A DNA stretch of 64,000 bases. Source: an uncultured Acidaminococcus sp. (GTDB taxonomy: Bacteria > Bacillota > Negativicutes > Acidaminococcales > Acidaminococcaceae). Of this stretch, positions 9,181 through 19,112 are shown piece by piece. Numbering within the stretch: position 1 is the first letter of the stretch; every line of letters begins with the position of its first letter. A program made the translations under genes and the position numbers. A model generated the notes under the pieces. It had not been told where the DNA came from, searched no databases, and worked only from the letters and a program-made list of their open reading frames with translations. The stretch covers positions 62,760 through 126,759 of the forward strand of contig USHN01000003.1 in the NCBI GenBank assembly GCA_900554515.1, read 5' to 3'.

Positions 9181-10140
9181 TTATTTTGCCTGAGTATGAT
9201 TTTTTCCCTGCTTTGTAGGAATATCCAGGATCAGGTCACTGGCTTTGCCAGCCCGGAGCAGATAACTGTCCGTGGTATGTCCTACAATCTGGGTGACTTC
9301 CCGGCTGATGGCCATGGCTTTATCCAAATCCACGTCGGTTTCAATCCCCATTTCATCCAGCATGTGCAGCAAATCTTCTGTCGCTACGTTGCCGGCAGCA
9401 CCGGGAACGAAAGGACAGCCGCCTACGCCGGCAAAGCTGGCATCAAACTGGGTGAAGCCCTCGTTCAGGCCAGCCAGGATGTTAGCAATGCCCAGGCCGC
9501 GGGTGTTATGGAAGTGTAGCCACCAGGAAATATCAGGATACTTCTCTTTAACCACCTGACAGATCTGGGTCACCTGGGAAGGATAGCCCATGCCGGAAGC
9601 ATCGGACAAGCTGATTTCCGTAATGCCCACTGCCATATAGGCTTCAATAATCTTGCACACCACATCTACAGGGATTTCTTTATCCCAGGGAGAACCAAAG
9701 GCCATGGAAATGGAACCGGAGATGCCGATACCCGCTTCTTTGGCTCGGTCCACACAGGCGGCAAAGCGTGCCACGCTTTCAGCCGGGGTACAGTTCAAAT
9801 TGGCCAGGTTGTGGGCTACGGAAGCGGACACATTGAGTTTCACTTTCGTGCAGCCACAGGCAATGGCCCGTTCCACGCCTTTTAAGTTAGCAATCAGTGC
9901 TCGGTATTCCACGCCTTCTTTTTTCTTAATGCCACGGAATACGTCATCGGTATTGGCCATTTGGGGAACGGCCTTAGGGCTTACAAAACTGCCCACTTCA
10001 ATCACAGGGAACCCGGCATCAGAAAGCTGATCAATCAGATGAATTTTTTGTTCCGTAGTAGGAACTACTTTTTCATTCTGGAACCCGTCCCGGGGCCCCA
10101 CTTCACAAATGCGAACTTTTTTTACTGTCGTAAGTGTCAT
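9181..10140 (-). CDS. Hydroxymethylglutaryl-CoA lyase family (DRE-TIM) enzyme
   Basis: EVGPRDGFQNE, HFHNTRG and GGCPFVPGAAGNVATED motifs. Confidence 0.9.
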   Translation of the reverse strand: MTLTTVKKVRICEVGPRDGFQNEKVVPTTEQKIHLIDQLSDAGFPVIEVGSFVSPKAVPQMANTDDVFRGIKKKEGVEYRALIANLKGVERAIACGCTKVKLNVSASVAHNLANLNCTPAESVARFAACVDRAKEAGIGISGSISMAFGSPWDKEIPVDVVCKIIEAYMAVGITEISLSDASGMGYPSQVTQICQVVKEKYPDISWWLHFHNTRGLGIANILAGLNEGFTQFDASFAGVGGCPFVPGAAGNVATEDLLHMLDEMGIETDVDLDKAMAISREVTQIVGHTTDSYLLRAGKASDLILDIPTKQGKNHTQAK

Positions 10141-10156
10141 AGAACACCGTCCTTTT

Positions 10157-11020
10157 TTATTTCAGGTACTTATCCCCGGCTTCTTTAATATCTTTTACAT
10201 GGACCAGATCAATGTAGGTCTGGAAGTCCAGCATTTCACCAGGATACCCTTCCGGCGTGCCGTGTTCTTTAATATATTTCAGCACACTGAGTTCTGCCGC
10301 CACCTGGGCAAACAGCACGCTGAAGGGGAAGGTGATAATCTTATATCCCAGTTTTGTCCCGCAGTCATCTGTAGTAAATTCTTTAAAGAAGGGCTGGTTG
10401 GGGAAATAGCCCAGATGGATAGGGCCATGCACCTTTTCAGGCAGGCTCACCAAGGCTTCCCGGGATTTCGGCAGGATTTTGACCATATCCGCACCGGCAT
10501 CCAGATAGGCATTGGCACGTTCTACTGCTTCGTCATCCGGTGCGTCCGTACGGGCAATAATTAACAGGTCCGGATCCGTACGTGTATCCACAGCGGCCTG
10601 AATCTTTCCGCACATTTCATCCACACTGATAACTTCGGTGGTGCTGATAAACGGGCAATTGGGCGGCTGTTTCTGGTCTTCAATGAAGAAGCCGCCTACG
10701 CCGGTTTTTTCATATTCCTTTACGGTACGAATCACGTTCAGTGCGTTGCCATAGCCACCTTCTGCGTCGCAGATAATGGGGATATTCACTGCATCGGCCA
10801 TTTTGCTGAGAATGTCCACGGTTTCGTTTAACGCCAAAAGGCCGGAATCCGGCTGGGCCAGCACTACCCCGTGCATCCCATAACCAGTAGTACCGCAGAC
10901 CTGGAATCCTGCTACTTCAATCGCCCGGGCGCTTAGGGCGTCATAGGCGCAGGGAGCAACCAAATACTTATTGTCCGCTAGCAGTTTCCGCAATTTGGTC
11001 GTCATTTTTTCTTTTGCCAT
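10157..11020 (-). CDS. Isocitrate lyase / PEP mutase superfamily enzyme
   Basis: YDALSAR, DAEGGYG, IEDQ, IIARTDA and AYLDAGAD motifs. Start placed at MAKEK. Confidence 0.88.
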   Translation of the reverse strand: MAKEKMTTKLRKLLADNKYLVAPCAYDALSARAIEVAGFQVCGTTGYGMHGVVLAQPDSGLLALNETVDILSKMADAVNIPIICDAEGGYGNALNVIRTVKEYEKTGVGGFFIEDQKQPPNCPFISTTEVISVDEMCGKIQAAVDTRTDPDLLIIARTDAPDDEAVERANAYLDAGADMVKILPKSREALVSLPEKVHGPIHLGYFPNQPFFKEFTTDDCGTKLGYKIITFPFSVLFAQVAAELSVLKYIKEHGTPEGYPGEMLDFQTYIDLVHVKDIKEAGDKYLK

Positions 11021-11115
11021 AATAGGTTTCTCCTTCACGTTACTATTTTCGTACAATTATCGGATTACCCTGCTTTCCAAGGAAAACAGGGTATCCGTTT
11101 CAGCTTGCGCCGCTC

Positions 11116-12951
11116 TTATTTGGATTTATGGGATTTTGCGTGGTTGGGGGCAACGAACTGGCCGTTTTCATCCTTTACCAGTTTCCCATCTTCTACCAGC
11201 GCATTGGGGCTGTAGATATCGTTGATGTTCCAGCAGCCCGGTGTAGGCACCACAATGTTTTCCATGGGGGCTTCTACCAAAAATGGCCGGCCTTCCTTAT
11301 TGGCTTTCATGGCCATTTCCATCGCCGGTTTGAATTCATCGGCGCTCTTCACACAGATGGATTCCACGCCATAGGCTTTCGCCACGCCAGCCCAGCTGGG
11401 GCTGTAGGATTTGCCGTCAGGAGTGTGGAATACAGTACCAAATTTGCTGCCGTAGTTGGCGTTTTCCAATCCGGCAATGGTTCCAAAGGCAGAGTTGTTC
11501 ATTACAACCCAGGTCACAGGAATACCTTGTTCTACCGCAGTGGCCAAGCAAGTGGGGTTAACACCAAAACCGCCGTCACCGGTTAAAGTAATGCAGACTT
11601 TATCCGGAGCTGCCAGTTTGCCGCCCAGTACAGCGGAGGCACCAAAGCCCATGGTCGCCAGGCCGGAGGAGTGATGGATGCTGCCCGGTACGGTAATATC
11701 ATACTGCTGGGCCACACCGTTTTTGTTCCAGCCTACATCGGTAAAGATATGTGCATCTTCGGGGATGGTTTCTTTTACGTCTTTCAAAATCCGCTGCGGG
11801 GTCATGGGGAAGCGGCCATCGTTGGAGATCGCCACGTTCTGCGCCTTGAAGTCTGCTTTAGCTTTAGCAATGGCTTCCCGCAGGCCTTCTCGTTTAATGC
11901 CTTGCGGGCAAAGTTTCTTTGCTTCTTCCAGGATTTGTTTCAGGCCCAGTTTCAGATCGCCTACGGCGCCAATGGCTACCGGATAGTTCCGTCCGATTTC
12001 GCTGGGATCAATGTCGATCTGCAGGAATTCGGTATGATCCGGATCAAAGGTTACGCCCCGATACCAGGAGGAACTGTCTGCTTCTGCAAAACGAGTTCCC
12101 AGGCCCAGGATTACATCGGCTTTGCTGGTGAGGGAATGGGTAAATTCCATGCCCCAGAAACCAGTCTGTCCAATCATCAGCGGATGTTTGTCGCTGATGC
12201 AGCCTTGGCCCATCAAAGTACGGGATACAGGAATGTCCAGGAATTCTGCCAGTGCTGCCAATTCTTCAGAAGCCTGTGCCAGCAGAATGCCGCCGCCTGC
12301 ATGAAGCACCGGTTTTTTCGCTTCCACCAGTTTCTTTGCAATGGCTTTGGCGGCTTCCGGATCCAGCGCCGGTTTCATGGTGATATGGCTGTCACGATAA
12401 GTACGATCCCAGATGTAATCTTCCACTTCCCGGGAGAAAATATCCATAGGCACGTCAATCAGCACAGGGCCAGGACGGCCGGATTCTGCCAGACGGAACG
12501 CCTTATCCATGATTTCAGCCATGGATTCCGGATCGTCCACACGCCAGGCCCGTTTCACGACCGGTTCCAGGATTTTGTACTGGCTGCCGTCTTCGTGCAT
12601 ATTCACTTCCTGATGGGGATGTTTGCCGAAATAATAGGTGGGCACGTCCCCGGCAATAACTACCATAGGAATGGAGTCAAAGGCTGCATTGGCCACACCG
12701 GTCAATACGTTGGTCAGCCCCGGCCCAAGGTGGCAAAGTGCCACAGAAGCCTTATGGGTAATCCGTGCATAGCCGTCTGCTGCGGTAGAAGCCACTGCTT
12801 CATGCCGGTTGGAAATAAATTTTACTTTTTTGCTGCGGCTGAGGGCGTCCAGCATACCAATGACCGTATGACCACACAGACCAAAGACGTATTTTACGTC
12901 CCGTCTTTCCAGGTAGTCCACCATCAGATCCGCGATCAGTTTCTTTGCCAT
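11116..12951 (-). CDS. ThDP-dependent enzyme (acetolactate-synthase-like fold; substrate unknown)
   Basis: RHEAVA catalytic Glu, GPGLTN, RPGPVLID and the ThDP motif GDGG...NN. Confidence 0.9.
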   Translation of the reverse strand: MAKKLIADLMVDYLERRDVKYVFGLCGHTVIGMLDALSRSKKVKFISNRHEAVASTAADGYARITHKASVALCHLGPGLTNVLTGVANAAFDSIPMVVIAGDVPTYYFGKHPHQEVNMHEDGSQYKILEPVVKRAWRVDDPESMAEIMDKAFRLAESGRPGPVLIDVPMDIFSREVEDYIWDRTYRDSHITMKPALDPEAAKAIAKKLVEAKKPVLHAGGGILLAQASEELAALAEFLDIPVSRTLMGQGCISDKHPLMIGQTGFWGMEFTHSLTSKADVILGLGTRFAEADSSSWYRGVTFDPDHTEFLQIDIDPSEIGRNYPVAIGAVGDLKLGLKQILEEAKKLCPQGIKREGLREAIAKAKADFKAQNVAISNDGRFPMTPQRILKDVKETIPEDAHIFTDVGWNKNGVAQQYDITVPGSIHHSSGLATMGFGASAVLGGKLAAPDKVCITLTGDGGFGVNPTCLATAVEQGIPVTWVVMNNSAFGTIAGLENANYGSKFGTVFHTPDGKSYSPSWAGVAKAYGVESICVKSADEFKPAMEMAMKANKEGRPFLVEAPMENIVVPTPGCWNINDIYSPNALVEDGKLVKDENGQFVAPNHAKSHKSK

Positions 12952-12953
12952 CT

Positions 12954-13895
12954 CTATTCCTCCTGTGAGTTTCTTTCTGTAGGAATCCCTGCCAGATACA
13001 ATCGTTCTAAATATTGATTCAGCACGTCGCCGCTGCGGACCACGTAATTTTTAAAATATTCCACAGCAGGCACCGCATACCGTTCTTTGTTCCACTGGAG
13101 ATACAGCTTGCGTTTGGGTGTTTCTCCCAGCGGAATGACTTTTGTTCCATAGGGAACTCCTGTCAAAGGGTACGGCACAATGGATAGGCCGTAGTTTGCT
13201 GCTACAAAGCCGTAAACCACCACATCGTTGGGGCTTTCCATCACCACATTCACGGTGATGCCCCGTTTGGCAAACGCTTCCCGTACCTGCTTGGAAATTT
13301 GTCCGGAGGCATCAAAGGAGACAAAATTTTGTCCCTGAAAATCCTCCAGTTGCAAACTTTTCCGGCTGGCAAAGGGATGCCGCTCCGGCACCAGGGCAAC
13401 CAGGGCATGTTCCCCGATATAGCAACTGCCAATCTGGGGACTGTCGATTTTGGTGCACAGGATCAGGTCCAGTTTGCCTTCTAACAAATCTTTCCGCAGG
13501 TTATACCAGCCCCGGGAACTATACTGGAACTGCACCCCCACACGATTGGTTTCGCTGCGATAGCGGATCATCAAGTCCGTAGCAAACGCCTCAATAGAGT
13601 AAAACCCACCCAGCATAATGGTTCCCTTATTGGGATCCAGGTATTCTTTCAGGGTATCTATCCCGGCTTCCAGCGTGTTCAGTGTCTTTTTGGCGTAGGG
13701 AAGAAAGAGCTGTCCGTATTTGGTCAGCTGGACATTTCTCCCCTTCCGCTCAAAAAGTTTGGTGCCCAGTTCCCGTTCCATATCCCGCATGGCATGGCTC
13801 AGGTTGGACTGGCTCACCCGGAGGCGTTCCGCCGCCCGGGTGTAGTGTTCCAGTTCCGCTATGGTCGTAAAGTAGTACAGCCACTGGAGTTGCAT
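12954..13895 (-). CDS. LysR-family transcriptional regulator
   Basis: HTH HYTRAAERLRVSQSNLS...ERELGTKLFER. Confidence 0.93.
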   Translation of the reverse strand: MQLQWLYYFTTIAELEHYTRAAERLRVSQSNLSHAMRDMERELGTKLFERKGRNVQLTKYGQLFLPYAKKTLNTLEAGIDTLKEYLDPNKGTIMLGGFYSIEAFATDLMIRYRSETNRVGVQFQYSSRGWYNLRKDLLEGKLDLILCTKIDSPQIGSCYIGEHALVALVPERHPFASRKSLQLEDFQGQNFVSFDASGQISKQVREAFAKRGITVNVVMESPNDVVVYGFVAANYGLSIVPYPLTGVPYGTKVIPLGETPKRKLYLQWNKERYAVPAVEYFKNYVVRSGDVLNQYLERLYLAGIPTERNSQEE

Positions 13896-14001
13896 GGTTT
13901 CTGCTCCCTTCCGCTTCGCAAGATCTCTGCTCTGGTGCTTTCATCATCGCACAGAGCTGCACCTTTTGGCAAGCGTCTAAAGCAGGGCAGATAAAGTCAC
14001 G

Positions 14002-15081
14002 TTATTTAGAGGCCGCATCCAGTTCTTTCGTCAAAAGGCTACCAAGGCCGTTCACGTCTTTATCAATCTTTTCGTTCAGAGCTTTCACGCCAGGCAGAGC
14101 CAGTACTTGATCAAAGAAGTCCTTATTGTAGGTAATGATGGTCATGCCCTTCTTTTTCAGGTCTTCCTGGTTCTTCTTGTCCACATCACCCAGTTTGCCG
14201 GCCATTTCTTTCCGGGCTTCTTCTACAGCCTGGTTCAAAGCTTTCTGGTAAGCAGGATCCAGGGCATCATAGGCCTTTTTGTTGATGGCAATCTGGTTGG
14301 CATAGAGGATATGGTTGGTATCGGCCAGATATTTCTGCACTTCGTTGAAGTTTGCAGAAACGATAGTGTCTGCTGCGTTTTCTTCCGCTTCCACGGTACC
14401 GCTCTGGAGAGCAAAGTATACTTCAGGCCAAGCCAGCGGAGTGGGGTTGGCGCCCAGGGCAGTCCAGAAAGCCATATGGTTCTTGTTGCTCATAGTACGA
14501 ATCTTCAGGCCCTTAAAGTCAGCCAAAGTATTCAGCGGTCTGTTGGCAGTAGTCAGACGGAAGGTGGCATTTTGCAGAATGCCCAGGTAATGCAGGCCTG
14601 CCTTTTCATAAGCTGCGGACAGTTTCTTATGGAATTCCCCGTCCCCGTTCAGGACTTTGTCGATGGTTTTCCCGTCATATTTAGCAAAAGCCATGGGCAT
14701 ATCAAACACAGCCGTTTCCGGAATGATGGCGGTCACAGGAGCCATCTGCATCACAACGATCTGGATATCGTTGGATTTAATCTGCCGGAGCAAGTCTTCG
14801 TCGCCGCCCAGTTCAGAGTTAGGATGGTAATCAATCTTGAATTTACCACCAGTGATTTTTTCCACGTTCTTGGCAACCAGTTCACCAAATTGTTGTGCCG
14901 CAGCACCTTTACCAGAAGAGTCAGCACCAATCATTTCGACAGCTTTCAGTTTGGAGTAGTCTCCGCTGCCGCCGGAAGAAGCGCTCTTATCATCGCCGCC
15001 ACCGCAGCCTGCCACAGACAGAGCCAGGATACTAGCCATGATCAAACCGGCAACTTTTTTCCAAGTACGTTTGCTTTCCAT
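14002..15081 (-). CDS. dctP: TRAP transporter substrate-binding lipoprotein
   Basis: Lipobox LSVAGC; DFKGLKIR (conserved Arg) and EVYFALQSGTV motifs. Confidence 0.92.
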   Translation of the reverse strand: MESKRTWKKVAGLIMASILALSVAGCGGGDDKSASSGGSGDYSKLKAVEMIGADSSGKGAAAQQFGELVAKNVEKITGGKFKIDYHPNSELGGDEDLLRQIKSNDIQIVVMQMAPVTAIIPETAVFDMPMAFAKYDGKTIDKVLNGDGEFHKKLSAAYEKAGLHYLGILQNATFRLTTANRPLNTLADFKGLKIRTMSNKNHMAFWTALGANPTPLAWPEVYFALQSGTVEAEENAADTIVSANFNEVQKYLADTNHILYANQIAINKKAYDALDPAYQKALNQAVEEARKEMAGKLGDVDKKNQEDLKKKGMTIITYNKDFFDQVLALPGVKALNEKIDKDVNGLGSLLTKELDAASK

Positions 15082-15130
15082 AATCACAATTCCTCCTTTT
15101 TTCCTCTCACACAATGGTTCCGTCAACAAC

Positions 15131-16435
15131 TTACTTTAACAAACTCGGTAGATACGTAGACAGTGCAGGGATGTAGGTAATGGCAAACAAGGCAATCACG
15201 AAAGCGATAATAAAGGGCAGTGCTTTTCTGGCCACATCCATGGGCTGCTCCTGGGCAATATTACCAGCGACGAACAAGTCCAGTCCAAACGGCGGAGTTG
15301 CCAGGCCGATGGACAAGCAGCAAACCAGCACAACCCCCAAGTGTACCGGGTCCACGCCTAATTTTACGCAGGCCGGCAGCAGTACCGGTGCCAGAATGAT
15401 GATGGCAGGACCAGTATCCATAACCATCCCCAGCAGGAAGAAGATAATGACCAGTACGGTTAGGACCGTAAAGCTGGAGTGGAAATTCCCCAGGATAAAG
15501 CTTTCCACAGCACGGGTAGCCCGCGTCAGGGACAGCACCCGGCCAAATGCCGTAGCAAAGGCCAGTACGAAAGCCAGTCCGCCATAGGTCTTAACAGATT
15601 CACAGAGCATAGGAATCAGTTCGTTGAGCTTCATGGTCTTGTAAATCAAGAGGGACACAATCAGTGCATAGAATACGGATACGGTAGCAGCTTCCGTCGG
15701 TGTCGTCCAGCCGGTATAAATACCGCCCAGTACGATGACCGGGCACAGGAGCGCCCAGAAGCTGTCTTTAAACAGTTTGAAGAAGCCTTCACTGGAAAGT
15801 TCATCCATCCGTTCCTTGATTTTCTCTTTGTCTTCCCCGTTCTTTGCACAGTAGAAGACGGCATAGGCCATGAGTGCTACACCAATCAAGATACCTGGCA
15901 GTACGCCGCCCAGGAACAAGTCGCCGGTGGAAACCCCGGTTGCCAGAGAATACAGTACAAACGGAATGGAAGGCGGAATAATAACGCCCAGACCGCCGGC
16001 TACAGCGATGAGGCCCGCACTCCATGTCCGGTCATACCCCAGATCCGTAAGGAACGGTACGCACATAGCACCAACAGCTGCCGTCGTGGCAGGACCAGAA
16101 CCAGAAATAGCTCCATAGAATAAGCAGGTGAGAATCACGGCGCAGGGCAGGCCACCGGTAATCCGACCTGCAAAAAAAGCGAAGAAGTTAAACAGTTTCC
16201 GGGAAATGCCGCCTTTGGCCATAATGACGCCACCTAGAATGAACAGCGGCACAGCCAAAATCGGAGTAGAGTTAGCGCCGGAAAATGTATTGTTCAGTAG
16301 CTGTACAATACTGCCGCCACGGTGAAGTAGCTCAATCGGGGCTACAGAGCCCAGGATCATACTGATGGCAATAGGAATAGAGAGAGCAATGGTCACCAGG
16401 AAGACTACAAATACCATTAGTGCTGCCATACTCAC
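15131..16435 (-). CDS. dctM: TRAP transporter large permease
   Basis: AVPLFIL, GAISGS, IIPPSIP, TPTEA and TPPFG motifs. Confidence 0.93.
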   Translation of the reverse strand: MSMAALMVFVVFLVTIALSIPIAISMILGSVAPIELLHRGGSIVQLLNNTFSGANSTPILAVPLFILGGVIMAKGGISRKLFNFFAFFAGRITGGLPCAVILTCLFYGAISGSGPATTAAVGAMCVPFLTDLGYDRTWSAGLIAVAGGLGVIIPPSIPFVLYSLATGVSTGDLFLGGVLPGILIGVALMAYAVFYCAKNGEDKEKIKERMDELSSEGFFKLFKDSFWALLCPVIVLGGIYTGWTTPTEAATVSVFYALIVSLLIYKTMKLNELIPMLCESVKTYGGLAFVLAFATAFGRVLSLTRATRAVESFILGNFHSSFTVLTVLVIIFFLLGMVMDTGPAIIILAPVLLPACVKLGVDPVHLGVVLVCCLSIGLATPPFGLDLFVAGNIAQEQPMDVARKALPFIIAFVIALFAITYIPALSTYLPSLLK

Positions 16436-16986
16436 TCATCTCCTTCCTGGGCCATAGCAGCTTCTTTAGCTGCATCCTGCATGGTCTGTTCTACAGTGGA
16501 CAGCTCCACTTCGTTGAATTTCTTAATATGGATGATGATCATCTCGATGCCGCGGATCACGGCCAGGAAAAATCCGATCACCATGAATACATACACAAAG
16601 GACATGGACCACTGCATAGCCGGGGAAATTTCGTGGCTGGCGGCAATGTTCTCATATACTTCCAGGGAGTAATACCCCAAGTAGGCCATACTCAGCATGG
16701 TAACGATATCCACTGCCAAGTTCACGATTTTTTTCAGCGTATTAGGGAGCAGGTCTTTCAGTACCCCCACCCGTAGCATATTCTCCATACGGATGGTATA
16801 GGGCAGGGAAATAAATACGCTCCAGATCCACATGAACCGGCAAAATTCTTCGGCCCATGTCAGGGAAGTCATGCCTGGAATTTTCCGGACGATAACCTGG
16901 ATCATGCTAACACAGGCAATCAGGACCAGCATGATGACCAGGAAGGTTTCCTCCAGGTGATCATCCAGCCAGTGTATGAGTTTCAT
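16432..16986 (-). CDS. dctQ: TRAP transporter small permease
   Basis: Four TM segments, WAEE..R motif, directly upstream of dctM. Confidence 0.9.
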   Translation of the reverse strand: MKLIHWLDDHLEETFLVIMLVLIACVSMIQVIVRKIPGMTSLTWAEEFCRFMWIWSVFISLPYTIRMENMLRVGVLKDLLPNTLKKIVNLAVDIVTMLSMAYLGYYSLEVYENIAASHEISPAMQWSMSFVYVFMVIGFFLAVIRGIEMIIIHIKKFNEVELSTVEQTMQDAAKEAAMAQEGDE

Positions 16987-17022
16987 CAGACGTTCCTCCT
17001 TTATCTCTGCACGTAGCAGTTT

Positions 17023-17892
17023 TTATTTTTCACCGTTTTTTTCGGCCAGAATATCTAAGAGTTCCTGCCGCATGGCTTCTACCGGAGCCTTTTGTCCGCT
17101 CCACAGTTCCACCTGGGCAGTGCCCTGGTACAGGCTCATGGAAAGGCCGTTCAGAATCTTACAGCCGGCAGCTTCTGCATCCATAAGGAATTGGGTTTTC
17201 GCCGGATTGTAGCAGGCATCAAAGTAAAATTGCTCTTTCTTGATGTACTTTTTAGGCAGCGGGCTTTGTCCAATGCTTTTTCCCATGCCCACGCCGCTGG
17301 CATTTAAGACGATATCTGCGGCCGCCACTTTGCTAAAGTCTTCATGGGGTACAAATTCAGCTACCTGGGCGAAGTTTTTGTTGATGTCATCCACCAGTGC
17401 ATGAGCGCTTTCCGGGAACAAATCCGTGATGTAAATCTTAGGCGCCCCGTGATAAGCCAGGATGGAGCACATGGCCCGTCCAGCGCCGCCGCTGCCAAAG
17501 CAGAAAAATACGTTTTCTGCTACCTTCACACCGGCTTCTACCAGGGCGGTATAGAATCCTACGCCGTCCGTGTTATAGCCTTTCAGTCTGCCATCCGGCA
17601 GTTTTACTACTGTATTGCTGGAACCCATCTTTTTGCACAGGGGATCCAGTTCATCCAGATATTCCAGGACTTTCACCTTATTGGGTTTTGTCACAGCAAA
17701 CCCGGCAAAAGGCATGTAGCGCAAGCCGTTAACGATATCTCCCAAGTGGTCATTGCCTGTTACCGTGTAAAAGTACAGCATATTCAGCCCTGCGGCTTCG
17801 TAGCCTTTGTTTTGCATCCGTGCGGCAAAGGACTGTGCCAAAGGATCGCCCAACAACGTAATGAATTTCGTATTGATATCCGGTTTCATCAT
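17023..17892 (-). CDS. Shikimate/quinate dehydrogenase family protein
   Basis: VTKPNK, SSNTV, GYNTDG, GSGGAGRA and DACYNP motifs (AroE/YdiB family). Confidence 0.9.
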   Translation of the reverse strand: MMKPDINTKFITLLGDPLAQSFAARMQNKGYEAAGLNMLYFYTVTGNDHLGDIVNGLRYMPFAGFAVTKPNKVKVLEYLDELDPLCKKMGSSNTVVKLPDGRLKGYNTDGVGFYTALVEAGVKVAENVFFCFGSGGAGRAMCSILAYHGAPKIYITDLFPESAHALVDDINKNFAQVAEFVPHEDFSKVAAADIVLNASGVGMGKSIGQSPLPKKYIKKEQFYFDACYNPAKTQFLMDAEAAGCKILNGLSMSLYQGTAQVELWSGQKAPVEAMRQELLDILAEKNGEK

Positions 17893-17905
17893 GACCCTTC
17901 TTTCT

Positions 17906-18712
17906 TTACTGATCTACTTCCGCCAATACTTTTTTCGCATAGTTCAAACAATTTTTCACGTGTCCCAGGGCCCCATATTTCTGGATGTTTTCCAGATTGG
18001 GAAGTTCAATGGAGCAGGGATGCGCCGGCAGTGCTTTGAGAATCCGCACCAGAGGGATCGCACCCATTCCCGGGTATTCCCGGGCACCCCGCATCACTTC
18101 CGGCCGTTCCATCATGTAGTAATCTTTCGGGCAGTCGCACAAATGGATAAGACCATAGCGATCCGGTTCAATGGCCTGAATTTCTTCCGGCGTTTCCTGT
18201 GCCCAGTACACATACAGCATGTCCAGGAACAGTTTCAAATTCGGTGCCTTTACCTTTTCCTGCATGGCTTTGGCCCCTGCCAGATTCCGGATCCGGGAAA
18301 TGGCCGGATATTCCAGATTGACCGTCAGCCCAAATTCCGCTGCCTGTTCGCAGATTTTTCCGTAGCACTCCACGGCAAAGTTTTCGTCTTTGCTCCAGTC
18401 GCTGGAGAGAACATCCGTAGCGCCAAGTTCTGCGCCTTTTTCAAAGGCTGCCCGGTAATCCACAGGGATATCTTCCCGTACCCGCACCAGTTCAATATCC
18501 AGCAGTGGCAAACCGGTTTCTTTCAGCGCTTGTTGGATCTTTTTAAACAGTTCCGGATCCCCGACCAGATCATTCTGAGGTTCTCCTGCCTGTCCCATGG
18601 GGATGGTCCGCAAACTGACAGAGTCATAGCCGGCTTCTGCCGCCATGTGGATCTGATCCACCGCTTCCACACCGGGAACGGTCAGATACGCCAAAGAAAA
18701 TTTTCTTGCCAT
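17906..18712 (-). CDS. Sugar phosphate isomerase/epimerase TIM-barrel protein
   Basis: AAEAGYDSVSLR, VNLEY, HLCD, PGMGAIP and SIE pattern. First gene of the catabolic operon. Confidence 0.8.
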   Translation of the reverse strand: MARKFSLAYLTVPGVEAVDQIHMAAEAGYDSVSLRTIPMGQAGEPQNDLVGDPELFKKIQQALKETGLPLLDIELVRVREDIPVDYRAAFEKGAELGATDVLSSDWSKDENFAVECYGKICEQAAEFGLTVNLEYPAISRIRNLAGAKAMQEKVKAPNLKLFLDMLYVYWAQETPEEIQAIEPDRYGLIHLCDCPKDYYMMERPEVMRGAREYPGMGAIPLVRILKALPAHPCSIELPNLENIQKYGALGHVKNCLNYAKKVLAEVDQ

Positions 18713-18907
18713 TTTTCTACCTCCTTAGAATGCAGAGTTGACGACCTTATTTGACGGTTTGTAATGTTCTGACTTTTTAAAGCAGTGCGTGCAATCAGTC
18801 TTTTCTCTGCTTTACACAGAATGCATTAAGCAATTTCTATCATGTATCTTTACGTTTATTATACAAGAAATATTTTATGAATTCTAATATTCTTTTTCTA
18901 TGAAATG

Positions 18908-18922
18908 ATGAGTAAAACTCAT
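18908..18922. promoter_or_regulatory. Putative LysR box upstream of the catabolic operon
   Basis: ATGAGTAAAACTCAT dyad (T-N11-A) in the AT-rich region upstream of 18712. Confidence 0.5.
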
Positions 18923-19112
18923 ATGAATAGGTTTTATAAAAAATTTCTATCAGAAAATTTTGTTTTACCTATCTTCTTTGCGGCATTGCCACTGGAACTG
19001 TCGCAAAAAAAAAGATCCGGCTCCCCAGGTCATACCCAGCGTTCCGGATCGTATCTATCATGACAATCTATTTATTTTTTCCAAAGAGAATTTTTTACGG
19101 AGTATTGACTAC

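Noticed and set aside
11116..12951. Annotation as biosynthetic acetolactate synthase (ilvB)
   Set aside because: No small subunit or ilvC/ilvD nearby, and the context is catabolic; left as a ThDP enzyme of unknown substrate.
11671..13017. 448-aa plus-strand ORF
   Set aside because: Antisense shadow of the ThDP enzyme gene; no recognisable motifs or RBS.
14107..15159. 350-aa plus-strand ORF
   Set aside because: Antisense shadow of dctP.
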